Source: Strigamia acuminata
Lineage: Eukaryota
Assembly: GCA_949358305.1 (NCBI GenBank)
Contig: OX442314.1
Span: 124,001-188,000 of the forward strand
DNA length: 64,000 bases
Direction: 5' to 3'
In this document: piece after piece, positions 1 through 13,284 of the stretch
How the letters are laid out: every line of letters begins with the position of its first letter
Position numbering within the stretch: the first letter of the stretch is position 1
Translations under genes and position numbers: made by a program
The notes under the pieces: generated by a model
The model's database searches: none
What the model saw: only the letters and a program-made list of their open reading frames with translations
Told to the model about the DNA's origin: nothing

Positions 1-3000
1 GGAAGTACAAAACCGTCTACTCCGACATCAGAGGCGCCATCTGCTGTTCGAGAAGACAACAACAAATCATTAAACCCGTCTACTGACATTAAATTAAATA
101 CACCAATCAAATCAGATTCAAGTAAATCAAAATCAAAAATACCCGGTGTCGTAACACCACAACCAACAAAATCAGCGCAACTTTCGTCTGTGAAAGCCAA
201 GGAAACCCCCAAACAATCAACTTCGTTGACAACGCAGAGTGAGACGTTGCAAACAAACTTCGTTCTTTTGTCGCCTGAGGAATTGCAAAAATCCGACGAG
301 CCAATAATCGAAATTACGAAGATTGACCGCTTCAACAGAGAAGCACCATACATCAAGATAACATGGGCCAACGTGAGTTTTGTCGCACTTTTGGATTCAG
401 GCGCTCAGACATGTGTAATGTCGGAGTCGTTATTTAACAAACTTAAAGCCAATATGGGTTTGGAATTGCTCGAACTTCACGAAACAGTGCGTACAGCGGC
501 CGATGACAAAATTCCAGTTAAGGGATCTGTTAAACTGTCGGTGCGCGCACCTTTGGCCATCATTTCTTTCATTTGCTTAATTATACCCAAAACATCAGAG
601 GACCTTCTGCTGGGAAGAGATTTCTGCAGAGCGGTTGGTCTGTGCGCAGACTTTGAATTGTGCCAGTGGTATTTGAAGGGATCACCGGAGCGAAGACAAT
701 TCATGACTTTAGAACAAGCTAATAAGTCGGAATCTGTTCTTTTGTTCCCCATCAAGAAGCCCGATGATACAAAGGACAGCATTAAGGATGTACCCAAGGT
801 AGAAATTAATAACATTAATTGTATTCTTCTAGAACATCGACCTTTGTCACAAGAGATTTTCGAATATCCAAATGACGATGCTCAGCACCAAATCAAGAGG
901 ATTCGGAATCGTACACGAGATCAATGGTCATTGATATGGTCACCAAAGAGGAAGGATTCCATTAAAAAATCAAGAAAATTCAATTCATCATTGTTTTCAA
1001 CGCTTAGCCAACGCAGACGTGCAAGACGACAGCGAAGACGCCTTTATGAATTGTCACCAACAATAAAACAACTTAACACGCAGGGAAGACAGCTTTTGCG
1101 TCGTGTAGATGAAAATGCGCTCATGGCCAGAGTACACGATCATCCGACGATTTCGGAGCCACCTCTGGATGTTAATGTACTACAATATCAACCAAGCAGT
1201 GATCCAACACAACTGGACTGGATTTACGACCAGCTGTGGTCATCATTGACGGTACCCCAAATTCGTTTATTGATTCAGACTCTTCGACCAATTTCGAAAG
1301 TGTTTCGCGAAGAGGTTGGATTATGTAACAACACTCAGTTTGAAGTAAATTTAAAACCGGACTTTAGACCAATTCATGTGCCTGTAAGACCCGTTAACCC
1401 AGCAAAAAAGATGGTAATTGACGCTTATTTGGATCAAAAACTAAAACAAGGCATTATTCGTCGATCAAAAAGTGATTGTGCGGTGGCGCCTGTTGTTGTT
1501 CCAAAAAAGACTGGAGACTGGCGTACAGCCATGGATTTTAGACCAATGAATGCTCAAACTTTACCAGATGTCTACCCATTACCCGACATCGATAATATAT
1601 TTTCTTATTTAGGAGGATCAAATTGGTTTTCGATCATAGATGGACGAGAAGCCTTCCACCAGATTGGAGTGCGTCCGGGTGACGAGAGATTTCTCGCATT
1701 TATCACGCACAGAGGACTTTTCGAGTATGTGAGAATGCCGTTTGGACCCATTAATGGCCCAGCAACTCTACAGAGAGCCATGAACAAGACTTTGTCGAAA
1801 TATCTTTACAAATTTGTGTTCGTTTATCTCGATGACGTCATAATTTTCAGCAAGACTTTCGAGGAGCATGTACAACATCTTAAAATTATTCTTCAAGCCT
1901 TGGATGAAGCGGGATTCACGATGAACGCCAACAAGACGGAATTATGTCGAACATCGCTCGAGGTTTTAGGACACATTAGGTGCGTTCAATTCCAAATGGT
2001 TTTCCCCGTTTTCGTCGTTTTCCTCGTTTTTGCTGTTTTCCAACACGGGATGTAGACGCATTTGACGTCACATTTCGAAAATCGGTTTTTTCGAAAACCG
2101 ATTTCCTGAAAACTAGAAATTCGTGGTTTTCGTGGTTTTTCAAATCGTTTTCCCCCGGGCCGCCATTTTGTAATCGAATAGATCGGCGGTGGAAGCACAC
2201 ACAAAAATGTAGGTTTAATGTTTTAATATTGCAAATTCAATTTGTATAATTATTAGGCCTTTAAGAACGATCGAATGCGCCCAAATTTCGGGTGCATGTG
2301 CGCGATCAAATGCGGCCAATTTTCGGGCGCATTTGCGCGATCGAATGCGGCCAATTTTAGGCTAATTTCCCGCTCCCAAATGAATAACAATAATACTATC
2401 AATTTAAACAAACTTACATTACTATTAAATTAAATATATTTAAATACATTTACAGACTGAGCATGCTCCGTGGCTGTTGAAAGCTGTTGACAGCTGTTGG
2501 TAATAATGCTGCTCAATGTTGAAAACCGTTTTCATCGTTTTCGGAAAACGACGAAAAACGGTTTTTGAAAGCCATTTTAGAATTGAATGCACCTATTGTG
2601 GAGTCTGGACACATTAAACCAAATCCGAATAAGGTGACGGCAATTCAATATTTTCCGGCGCCTACCAATATCAAAGAATTACAAAGATTCAAAGGAATGA
2701 TTGGCTATTATCAGTCATTTTTCCCAAATTATTCAAAAACATGCGAGGTGTTTCGCCCTTTGCTCAAAAAAGATTCCGAGTGGAAATGGACGATTCAACA
2801 CCAAGAAGCATTTGATTCACTCAAGAGAGGATTGGCAGAACCAACTCTACACCGGAAGTTCCCAGATTGGACCAAGCCATACATATTACAGACAGACGCC
2901 AGCTATTCGGGTTTGGGCGCTGCACTTATGCAACTCAATGATCAAGGTGAGCGAACACCAATCGCCTTTGCATCACGTGCATTAAATTCTGCTGAGAAGA

Positions 3001-4489
3001 ATTACAGCGTCACCGAGATTGAATGCTTGGCGGCGGTTTGGGCGGTCAAGAGATTTCGGGTGTATCTTGAGATGATGAATTTTTATTTGGAAAGCGATCA
3101 TTTGTCGTTAAAGTGGCTTTTCCAGCAGCGAGAACCAAAAGGACGCCTGGCACGATGGGTTTTGTCCCTCAGTGAGTATGGATTCACATTTCTTTACTGT
3201 TCGGGAGCACAGAATCGTGTTGCGGATGCTTTGAGCCGTGCGCCTGTGGAACCATCGGAACCATTGGATGCGGACGACTCGCCTCTCGTTGATGAAACAT
3301 GCTACATCGCCTATTTTGACGACCCAAATGATTGGCCAAAATTACCAATAATCAACATTATTGGAGTTGGATTAGCTGCGGCACAACAACGAAATGACGC
3401 AGCTGTGATGACGAGAGCGCAGAGACGACAACAGCAAGTTAAACCAAAATTGGGCAGGCCAAAGGGTTCTAAAAGTAAGAAGAGACCGCCACCAAATTAT
3501 CAGGTATTAACTCGAGCCAGAGCACGTCAGCAGGCACAGGTTTCGACGCCTCATGGAGCTGACGCACCACTATCGCCTTTGATATCGCCCTTGCCATCGC
3601 CAAATTTGCCGACTACATCGTGTCCAACCCCTAATATGTTGAGCCCACCTGCAGGACCATCCGGAGCTGCACGACCGAATTTTGACGGATATGGAGGTCC
3701 GGATTCGGATTCGTCGGACGATTCAACAACATATCGACCGGCATGGATGGGACGTGCAGGATTTATTCTACAACAAGTGCGTCAAGATCGATCACAATTT
3801 CAAAGAAATGCATCGAGACGACCAATTGCTGATGAGCAACAGGACGAAGAAGAAGATGAGGCCGAACAAGCACATGATGCGCCGCAGGATCACCAACCTT
3901 TTCGTCTGATACCAACAATTAACGAAATAATTTGCCGACAACACGAAGACACGTGGAGCGCCGAATTGATCGAATATCTTGATCAAGGACATTTACCCAA
4001 TGACCAAGTACAAGCAGCACGTATCAAATATCGTGCCGTAGATTTTGCTATTTATAAGGGAATGTTGTGTCGCTATCCACCGATCGACATAAATAAAATT
4101 CGCCGTAGAAGACAAATCTATTTGCCCTTAGTGTTACGTGAACAATATTTCAAGGCTCTGCATTACCCGCCGAGCTGCGGACATTTAGGAGTTGAAAAAA
4201 CACTTCATCGACTCCGGGCCCGAGTTTATTGGCCAAAAATGAAAGAGGACGTTTTGCTTTGGATTCAGAAATGTGAACCGTGTCAACGAGCTAAGTCGTT
4301 GAATCGCCTCCCATATGGACCAATGATTATGGCCAAACCACGACATTTGTTTCACACAATTTACATCGACTATTACGGTAAAAAGCCCCGATCGATTGGA
4401 GGACATTGTTACGCATTAGTAATTGTAGATGCCGCCAGTCGATGGTTGGATGTGAGATTGACTGAAGCATCTGACTGGAAGACAACAAT
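1..4489 (+). pseudogene. pol: Gypsy pol copy 1 (protease, RT, RNase H, N-half of integrase); split by a MITE and ending at a hAT end
   Basis: LLDSGA protease, YLDD RT, LQTDAS RNase H, H-x6-H...CEPC integrase zinc finger, IDYYG first catalytic Asp. ORFs 190-2055 and 2565-4850 are the two halves. Confidence 0.93.
1978..2594. mobile_element. 617-bp MITE in RT, copy 1 (3-bp ATT TSD, probably PIF/Harbinger-related)
   Basis: TIRs AGGTGCGTTCAATTC / GAATTGAATGCACCT, ATT on both sides; removal restores LGHIVESGHIKPNP in frame. Confidence 0.9.
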
Positions 4490-4704
4490 CAGTGTTGTGC
4501 GCGGTACACACAACATGGACCGCGGTCCCGGTACGCGTTACTGTACCGGCCGCAAAAAAGTAACGCGGTCCCGGTACGCGTTACTTCCAACGATACCGCG
4601 GTCCCGGTACGCGTTACACCGTGTACCGCGTTCCAATACCGCGGTCCCGGTACAGTACCGAGACCGCGATTTTGCGGTACATCTCGCGGTACGCGATATT
4701 CTCG
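4490..4704. mobile_element. Truncated hAT end (one TIR plus subterminal repeats) at the duplication junction
   Basis: Same sequence as 9659-9873, preceded by ACAACAAT, then joined to gag sequence at ~4706. Confidence 0.92.
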
Positions 4705-4705
4705 G

Positions 4706-5095
4706 TTCAACAAAGTATTTACAGCATTGCTCGAGGACATGTCGACTTGTGCGCTTGATCCGGAAGATCCCAACAGCGAGAAAACAAATAAAGACCCGCC
4801 AAAAGAGTCTGCATCAGCGGCAGCACAAAAGTCTGATGTCCACGTCATGAATGCGACTACCACGCCAACACCTAGAACGGATACACAGCACACATGTCCC
4901 AAGGACGTTGTCATTTTTCCAGCCGCTAAAGAAGCGCCTTCAGAGCCAAAGCTCCCGAAGAATGCTATGTGGAGAAAAACCCCAACGGATAAATGGTTCA
5001 TGTCTGACAGGCAATCATGGAGGCCTGTGTGCCCCGTTTGCGGCAAGGAATGGATTCGTCAGTCGGGAAACGCAAGCGGCCTGCTCAAAGCATGA
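4706..5095 (+). pseudogene. gag: 3' fragment of gag
   Basis: Matches 31960-32349 of the complete gag. Confidence 0.9.
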
Positions 5096-7146
5096 GTCCA
5101 GAGAGTGGGTCGGATACAAACATCAAGGACTCTACTGAAAAGAAGACTGAAGAATCACCAGACATCGATGGAAGTACAAAACCGTCTACTCCGACATCAG
5201 AGGCGCCATCTGCTGTTCGAGAAGACAACAACAAATCATTAAACCCGTCTACTGACATTAAATTAAATACACCAATCAAATCAGATTCAAGTAAATCAAA
5301 ATCAAAAATACCCGGTGTCGTAACACCACAACCAACAAAATCAGCGCAACTTTCGTCTGTGAAAGCCAAGGAAACCCCCAAACAATCAACTTCGTTGACA
5401 ACGCAGAGTGAGACGTTGCAAACAAACTTCGTTCTTTTGTCGCCTGAGGAATTGCAAAAATCCGACGAGCCAATAATCGAAATTACGAAGATTGACCGCT
5501 TCAACAGAGAAGCACCATACATCAAGATAACATGGGCCAACGTGAGTTTTGTCGCACTTTTGGATTCAGGCGCTCAGACATGTGTAATGTCGGAGTCGTT
5601 ATTTAACAAACTTAAAGCCAATATGGGTTTGGAATTGCTCGAACTTCACGAAACAGTGCGTACAGCGGCCGATGACAAAATTCCAGTTAAGGGATCTGTT
5701 AAACTGTCGGTGCGCGCACCTTTGGCCATCATTTCTTTCATTTGCTTAATTATACCCAAAACATCAGAGGACCTTCTGCTGGGAAGAGATTTCTGCAGAG
5801 CGGTTGGTCTGTGCGCAGACTTTGAATTGTGCCAGTGGTATTTGAAGGGATCACCGGAGCGAAGACAATTCATGACTTTAGAACAAGCTAATAAGTCGGA
5901 ATCTGTTCTTTTGTTCCCCATCAAGAAGCCCGATGATACAAAGGACAGCATTAAGGATGTACCCAAGGTAGAAATTAATAACATTAATTGTATTCTTCTA
6001 GAACATCGACCTTTGTCACAAGAGATTTTCGAATATCCAAATGACGATGCTCAGCACCAAATCAAGAGGATTCGGAATCGTACACGAGATCAATGGTCAT
6101 TGATATGGTCACCAAAGAGGAAGGATTCCATTAAAAAATCAAGAAAATTCAATTCATCATTGTTTTCAACGCTTAGCCAACGCAGACGTGCAAGACGACA
6201 GCGAAGACGCCTTTATGAATTGTCACCAACAATAAAACAACTTAACACGCAGGGAAGACAGCTTTTGCGTCGTGTAGATGAAAATGCGCTCATGGCCAGA
6301 GTACACGATCATCCGACGATTTCGGAGCCACCTCTGGATGTTAATGTACTACAATATCAACCAAGCAGTGATCCAACACAACTGGACTGGATTTACGACC
6401 AGCTGTGGTCATCATTGACGGTACCCCAAATTCGTTTATTGATTCAGACTCTTCGACCAATTTCGAAAGTGTTTCGCGAAGAGGTTGGATTATGTAACAA
6501 CACTCAGTTTGAAGTAAATTTAAAACCGGACTTTAGACCAATTCATGTGCCTGTAAGACCCGTTAACCCAGCAAAAAAGATGGTAATTGACGCTTATTTG
6601 GATCAAAAACTAAAACAAGGCATTATTCGTCGATCAAAAAGTGATTGTGCGGTGGCGCCTGTTGTTGTTCCAAAAAAGACTGGAGACTGGCGTACAGCCA
6701 TGGATTTTAGACCAATGAATGCTCAAACTTTACCAGATGTCTACCCATTACCCGACATCGATAATATATTTTCTTATTTAGGAGGATCAAATTGGTTTTC
6801 GATCATAGATGGACGAGAAGCCTTCCACCAGATTGGAGTGCGTCCGGGTGACGAGAGATTTCTCGCATTTATCACGCACAGAGGACTTTTCGAGTATGTG
6901 AGAATGCCGTTTGGACCCATTAATGGCCCAGCAACTCTACAGAGAGCCATGAACAAGACTTTGTCGAAATATCTTTACAAATTTGTGTTCGTTTATCTCG
7001 ATGACGTCATAATTTTCAGCAAGACTTTCGAGGAGCATGTACAACATCTTAAAATTATTCTTCAAGCCTTGGATGAAGCGGGATTCACGATGAACGCCAA
7101 CAAGACGGAATTATGTCGAACATCGCTCGAGGTTTTAGGACACATT

Positions 7147-7763
7147 AGGTGCGTTCAATTCCAAATGGTTTTCCCCGTTTTCGTCGTTTTCCTCGTTTTT
7201 GCTGTTTTCCAACACGGGATGTAGACGCATTTGACGTCACATTTCGAAAATCGGTTTTTTCGAAAACCGATTTCCTGAAAACTAGAAATTCGTGGTTTTC
7301 GTGGTTTTTCAAATCGTTTTCCCCCGGGCCGCCATTTTGTAATCGAATAGATCGGCGGTGGAAGCACACACAAAAATGTAGGTTTAATGTTTTAATATTG
7401 CAAATTCAATTTGTATAATTATTAGGCCTTTAAGAACGATCGAATGCGCCCAAATTTCGGGTGCATGTGCGCGATCAAATGCGGCCAATTTTCGGGCGCA
7501 TTTGCGCGATCGAATGCGGCCAATTTTAGGCTAATTTCCCGCTCCCAAATGAATAACAATAATACTATCAATTTAAACAAACTTACATTACTATTAAATT
7601 AAATATATTTAAATACATTTACAGACTGAGCATGCTCCGTGGCTGTTGAAAGCTGTTGACAGCTGTTGGTAATAATGCTGCTCAATGTTGAAAACCGTTT
7701 TCATCGTTTTCGGAAAACGACGAAAAACGGTTTTTGAAAGCCATTTTAGAATTGAATGCACCT
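7147..7763. mobile_element. 617-bp MITE in RT, copy 2
   Basis: Same TIRs, ATT TSD and insertion site as 1978-2594. Confidence 0.9.
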
Positions 7764-9866
7764 ATTGTGGAGTCTGGACACATTAAACCAAATCCGAATA
7801 AGGTGACGGCAATTCAATATTTTCCGGCGCCTACCAATATCAAAGAATTACAAAGATTCAAAGGAATGATTGGCTATTATCAGTCATTTTTCCCAAATTA
7901 TTCAAAAACATGCGAGGTGTTTCGCCCTTTGCTCAAAAAAGATTCCGAGTGGAAATGGACGATTCAACACCAAGAAGCATTTGATTCACTCAAGAGAGGA
8001 TTGGCAGAACCAACTCTACACCGGAAGTTCCCAGATTGGACCAAGCCATACATATTACAGACAGACGCCAGCTATTCGGGTTTGGGCGCTGCACTTATGC
8101 AACTCAATGATCAAGGTGAGCGAACACCAATCGCCTTTGCATCACGTGCATTAAATTCTGCTGAGAAGAATTACAGCGTCACCGAGATTGAATGCTTGGC
8201 GGCGGTTTGGGCGGTCAAGAGATTTCGGGTGTATCTTGAGATGATGAATTTTTATTTGGAAAGCGATCATTTGTCGTTAAAGTGGCTTTTCCAGCAGCGA
8301 GAACCAAAAGGACGCCTGGCACGATGGGTTTTGTCCCTCAGTGAGTATGGATTCACATTTCTTTACTGTTCGGGAGCACAGAATCGTGTTGCGGATGCTT
8401 TGAGCCGTGCGCCTGTGGAACCATCGGAACCATTGGATGCGGACGACTCGCCTCTCGTTGATGAAACATGCTACATCGCCTATTTTGACGACCCAAATGA
8501 TTGGCCAAAATTACCAATAATCAACATTATTGGAGTTGGATTAGCTGCGGCACAACAACGAAATGACGCAGCTGTGATGACGAGAGCGCAGAGACGACAA
8601 CAGCAAGTTAAACCAAAATTGGGCAGGCCAAAGGGTTCTAAAAGTAAGAAGAGACCGCCACCAAATTATCAGGTATTAACTCGAGCCAGAGCACGTCAGC
8701 AGGCACAGGTTTCGACGCCTCATGGAGCTGACGCACCACTATCGCCTTTGATATCGCCCTTGCCATCGCCAAATTTGCCGACTACATCGTGTCCAACCCC
8801 TAATATGTTGAGCCCACCTGCAGGACCATCCGGAGCTGCACGACCGAATTTTGACGGATATGGAGGTCCGGATTCGGATTCGTCGGACGATTCAACAACA
8901 TATCGACCGGCATGGATGGGACGTGCAGGATTTATTCTACAACAAGTGCGTCAAGATCGATCACAATTTCAAAGAAATGCATCGAGACGACCAATTGCTG
9001 ATGAGCAACAGGACGAAGAAGAAGATGAGGCCGAACAAGCACATGATGCGCCGCAGGATCACCAACCTTTTCGTCTGATACCAACAATTAACGAAATAAT
9101 TTGCCGACAACACGAAGACACGTGGAGCGCCGAATTGATCGAATATCTTGATCAAGGACATTTACCCAATGACCAAGTACAAGCAGCACGTATCAAATAT
9201 CGTGCCGTAGATTTTGCTATTTATAAGGGAATGTTGTGTCGCTATCCACCGATCGACATAAATAAAATTCGCCGTAGAAGACAAATCTATTTGCCCTTAG
9301 TGTTACGTGAACAATATTTCAAGGCTCTGCATTACCCGCCGAGCTGCGGACATTTAGGAGTTGAAAAAACACTTCATCGACTCCGGGCCCGAGTTTATTG
9401 GCCAAAAATGAAAGAGGACGTTTTGCTTTGGATTCAGAAATGTGAACCGTGTCAACGAGCTAAGTCGTTGAATCGCCTCCCATATGGACCAATGATTATG
9501 GCCAAACCACGACATTTGTTTCACACAATTTACATCGACTATTACGGTAAAAAGCCCCGATCGATTGGAGGACATTGTTACGCATTAGTAATTGTAGATG
9601 CCGCCAGTCGATGGTTGGATGTGAGATTGACTGAAGCATCTGACTGGAAGACAACAATCAGTGTTGTGCGCGGTACACACAACATGGACCGCGGTCCCGG
9701 TACGCGTTACTGTACCGGCCGCAAAAAAGTAACGCGGTCCCGGTACGCGTTACTTCCAACGATACCGCGGTCCCGGTACGCGTTACACCGTGTACCGCGT
9801 TCCAATACCGCGGTCCCGGTACAGTACCGAGACCGCGATTTTGCGGTACATCTCGCGGTACGCGAT

Positions 9867-9949
9867 ATTCTCGAGAAAACACGAGATTCTCGAGAAAACA
9901 CGAGATTCTCGAGAAAACACGAGATTCTCGAGAAAACACGAGATTCTCG
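9867..9949. repeat. 19-bp minisatellite (ATTCTCGAGAAAACACGAG)x4 plus a partial unit, hAT subterminal; also at 51490-51572
   Basis: Read directly; each unit contains the palindrome TTCTCGAGAA. Confidence 0.9.
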
Positions 9950-10514
9950 GTGCTTTCTCTCAATTTAAAAATTGTTTGTTTATTTACAAGCTTCTAAAAA
10001 TAAAAATTCATATATTTTTATTGTTTATTTTAAATTTTGTAATTTTAAAAATTTAAAGTAATAATAAATAAAATAACTTGACCTTAGACTAATAAATAAA
10101 TTTGTTCTTATTTTAATTCATGGCATTGGACATTGTGTTACTACTGGTAACATACTGGCCTTACTTTTTTAAAGACCAAAAAATTGAAAAAACATCATCC
10201 TACTCCTGTATTAAAAAATGGGCGCCGGCAGGTTGCTAGCGCGCATGCGTATTTACCCGGTGCTTCACAGTGAAGCACTGGCGCAAACCAACGCCATTTT
10301 TTTATGGGTTTTAGATTTTTTTAAACTGTTTTTCAACAGTTTTAATCTGGTTTCTGTGCATTTTAACAGCTTTTAATAACAAACAACATGTACAAATACA
10401 TGTACATGTACAAATTTTTATCGAGGTCCAGAAAAAAAAAACTCATAATACTTTTAAATTTTTATTTTGACTCATTTACGTAATTATATATAATATATAT
10501 ATATATAATATAAT

Positions 10515-10905
10515 ATAAACACCAAAATAAAACAAAAATGACCAAAAAAAAAACAAAAAAACACCAAAATATAACAAAAAACACCAAAAAACACAAAATA
10601 AAACACCAAATTAAAACAAAAAAACACCAAAATAAAACAAAATAAAACACCAAATTAAAACAAAAAAACACCAAAATAAAACAAAAAATACACCAAACTA
10701 AAACAAAAAATACACACAAATAAAACAAAAAAAACACCAAAATAAAACAAAAAATACACAAAAATAAAACAAAAAAACACAAAAATAAAATTTTAAAAAC
10801 AAAAATAATGCACAAAAAACAAAAAAAGACAACAAAATAAAACAAAAAGAACACAAAAAACATCAAAAACACAAAAAAACCCAAAAATACCAAAAATACC
10901 AAAAT
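10515..10905. repeat. A/C-rich low-complexity array (AAAACACCAAAAT-like) downstream of the transposase; also at ~52138-52528
   Basis: Degenerate short A/C repeats with almost no G. Confidence 0.85.
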
Positions 10906-10969
10906 AATATATAATATAAAATATTTGGCGGTCCAAGTTTCGACCTTCCGCCTGTTGCCGATCGCTGCA

Positions 10970-13177
10970 TTAAAGTTTAGCACTGTAAAATTGCTTCAAC
11001 AATAGTAGACACTCAAATAGGTCGTCGGATAGTTTGTTCCTGTGGGGGGTCAAGATTATTTTCCCTCTACTAAATAATCTTTCCACAGGAGCACTCGAAG
11101 TCAGTGAAGTGTTGTAACGCAAGAACAATTCTTTAATCAATGGGTACTTATGCAGTGAACTGATTGTTGTATCACTGGCAATCAAGTACTCATCAACAAT
11201 GAATACGGCACGACTTCTGATTTCATCTGCTGCTCGATTACGCATTACATTTAAGGAAAACAGTTCAAATCGGGAATCATCTGCACTTTTATCAAGATTC
11301 ATGGGTTCCTCAACAGCTGGGTTTACTTGCGTTGTCAAAAGTTCAACTACTGCCGAAATCAACATTTGTTTCGCATTTTCGAGTTTTGGTTCCGACCTTA
11401 GCCATTTAAGTTTTAGGAAAGGAAGGGTAACCGATGCTAAAATGAATTCCTTCTGCTCGTAGTATCGCTGAAACCTCTTACTGATGCCGTTTAAGAGTGC
11501 AGTTGCCAGTGGTTGCGTATGGTTCAAACTGGGCTGTAAACGTTCGAGTCGAATAACCAAGGTTTGAATTGTCGGCAACAGAATCCCCAAAAAACATTCT
11601 TTCTCACCTTGGAGTGAGTCGAGGGCACTAACAAGATGGCTCATCACCTGCAGATATTCATTTAAGAACGCTCTCTCCAATGATGAAAGCACGACCAACT
11701 TCAGTTGCAAGTAAATCTGATTTGCTGTCGAGATGGGGAGTTCAATTATCTTTTTTACTGCACGATACCACGAATTCCACCGCGTGTTTACTGGCACAAT
11801 TAATGCATGTTTGGTAAAAGTCCTAATTGTGTCGGCTCCAACTGTACTACGAGAATAGCGGTTCCACAGGTTGGCACACTTCTGAATTGAAGTTGCATAA
11901 AGTTCACAATATGAATCGGATGCAGTTGAAGCCATTTTCGCGTCAGTCGTTGCAATTAAGTTGAGTGTGTGGGCGGCGCATCGTAAATGAGGGGGTAAGT
12001 AAATGTCTTGGGTGTCAATTTCATTGTCAGCTGTTAAAACAGCATCCAAATCAAAGTCCGTGATACAAACTACTTCTGCACTTGTATATTCACTAAAACG
12101 TTCGTAATTAACAGCACCATCTTGATCCTCCTCTTCTTCAGCATCACTGGTACTTGCAGCATCTTCCTCTTCGTTCTTGTCCCCAAACTGAATTTGGAAT
12201 TCATTAAACGCTTTCACAAAATTACTTCCATTATCCGTAATCGTGTGAGTAATTTTGTTTAAAATGCCAAATTTTTCAAAAACAAAAACAAGCTTTTCCG
12301 CAATTGCATTAAACGTATGGGAGCCGATCATTCTCGTGCACGCAATTCCAACTGATTTCCGTTCGAACGAATCATCGGTCAGCCAATGAGCTGTGATTCC
12401 TAAATAACTCTTGTTGTTAGCAGTCCACATATCTGCAGTCGTGCACACAAACTTTACTTTACTGAATATCGTTGTTAAGTCATGTAGAGCAGTCTCGTAT
12501 TCACCTCGAATCAACCCGGTTAGTTTCTTACGACCTGGAAGCGTGGTTTTTGCCCAACCTGTGCAAAGAGCACGGAACGCTGGTTTATCGACGGCAGATA
12601 ACGGCAACATCTCGTCAACAATGTATCGCACTATCAACTTATCACTTTCCTTTTCAGTTAAAGCATGTAGCATTTCAGGACGCCAGTTTGAAAGAGTGGT
12701 CTGGCGCTTAACCGATCCAACACCAACACGATTGTTTTCCCGTTGTCTCTTACGCGGTTGCACACTGGCTTTGCTTTTGGTGTATTCCTTAAACTCCATC
12801 AAATGCTGTCGTTGCAAGTGCTTGGTTAGATTCGAATTTGAATTACTTGCAGTGGATAGTATACTTTTCTTCGGACACAACTGGCATCGCGTTTGAAAGT
12901 TAAATGAGGAGCCATTCGAAAATCGCACAATTGCTTCCATTAGAAGAGGTTCTGGTTTAAAATGTTTGACCAAATACCCAAGTGTTTGTAAAATTTTGTC
13001 GTTACATTTAGTGGCACATGTTTCGAATTGATCATCATATGGAACAAGAACATCATCTTCAACTTCTTCTTCCTGTTGGTTTAACAAATCAATTGATGTG
13101 TTAAATTGAGAAACTGTTTGCGATGGTTGATTCATTATATCAAAGCTGCTGTGAGACGAGACGACACAATCGGACAC
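10970..13177 (-). CDS. hAT transposase with BED zinc finger (735 aa from GTG; first ATG at 13132)
   Basis: BED finger CQLC...NLTKHLQRQH, TADMWT, ITDNGSN, RCAAHTLNL, TRWNS and C-terminal SSAPVERLFS dimerisation motif; no internal stop. Confidence 0.95.
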   Translation of the reverse strand: MSDCVVSSHSSFDIMNQPSQTVSQFNTSIDLLNQQEEEVEDDVLVPYDDQFETCATKCNDKILQTLGYLVKHFKPEPLLMEAIVRFSNGSSFNFQTRCQLCPKKSILSTASNSNSNLTKHLQRQHLMEFKEYTKSKASVQPRKRQRENNRVGVGSVKRQTTLSNWRPEMLHALTEKESDKLIVRYIVDEMLPLSAVDKPAFRALCTGWAKTTLPGRKKLTGLIRGEYETALHDLTTIFSKVKFVCTTADMWTANNKSYLGITAHWLTDDSFERKSVGIACTRMIGSHTFNAIAEKLVFVFEKFGILNKITHTITDNGSNFVKAFNEFQIQFGDKNEEEDAASTSDAEEEEDQDGAVNYERFSEYTSAEVVCITDFDLDAVLTADNEIDTQDIYLPPHLRCAAHTLNLIATTDAKMASTASDSYCELYATSIQKCANLWNRYSRSTVGADTIRTFTKHALIVPVNTRWNSWYRAVKKIIELPISTANQIYLQLKLVVLSSLERAFLNEYLQVMSHLVSALDSLQGEKECFLGILLPTIQTLVIRLERLQPSLNHTQPLATALLNGISKRFQRYYEQKEFILASVTLPFLKLKWLRSEPKLENAKQMLISAVVELLTTQVNPAVEEPMNLDKSADDSRFELFSLNVMRNRAADEIRSRAVFIVDEYLIASDTTISSLHKYPLIKELFLRYNTSLTSSAPVERLFSRGKIILTPHRNKLSDDLFECLLLLKQFYSAKL

Positions 13178-13284
13178 TAGAAACTAGTCAACGAAGCGTA
13201 TGGTTTTATTCGAACGAAACAAGGCAATTTATACAAGCAAGAAATAACGTGTGAGGATGTGATAGGCTGGTCAACGGAATTCTG

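Larger units (their letters stand above)
4706..9873 (+). repeat. Second copy of the 5169-bp internal duplication in unit 1 (3' gag, pol, MITE, hAT end)
   Basis: All ORFs recur at an offset of exactly 5169 (2565 and 7734; 1980 and 7149). Confidence 0.95.

Noticed and set aside
1980..2580. MITE removed as an intron (AG|GTGCGT donor, TTTTAG acceptor) to rescue RT
   Set aside because: Acceptors at 2580 and 2571 leave 19 and 28 extra nt (frameshift); the in-frame acceptor at 2455 meets TGA at 2478. Not every possible splice pair was tested.
9867..9949. CRISPR-like short repeats, including the CGCGGTCCCGGTAC series
   Set aside because: No regular unique spacers and no cas genes; these are hAT subterminal repeats in a eukaryotic context.
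10462..10983. 173-aa hydrophobic ORF on the minus strand (also 52085-52606)
   Set aside because: Translation of a T/G low-complexity tract, not a credible membrane protein.
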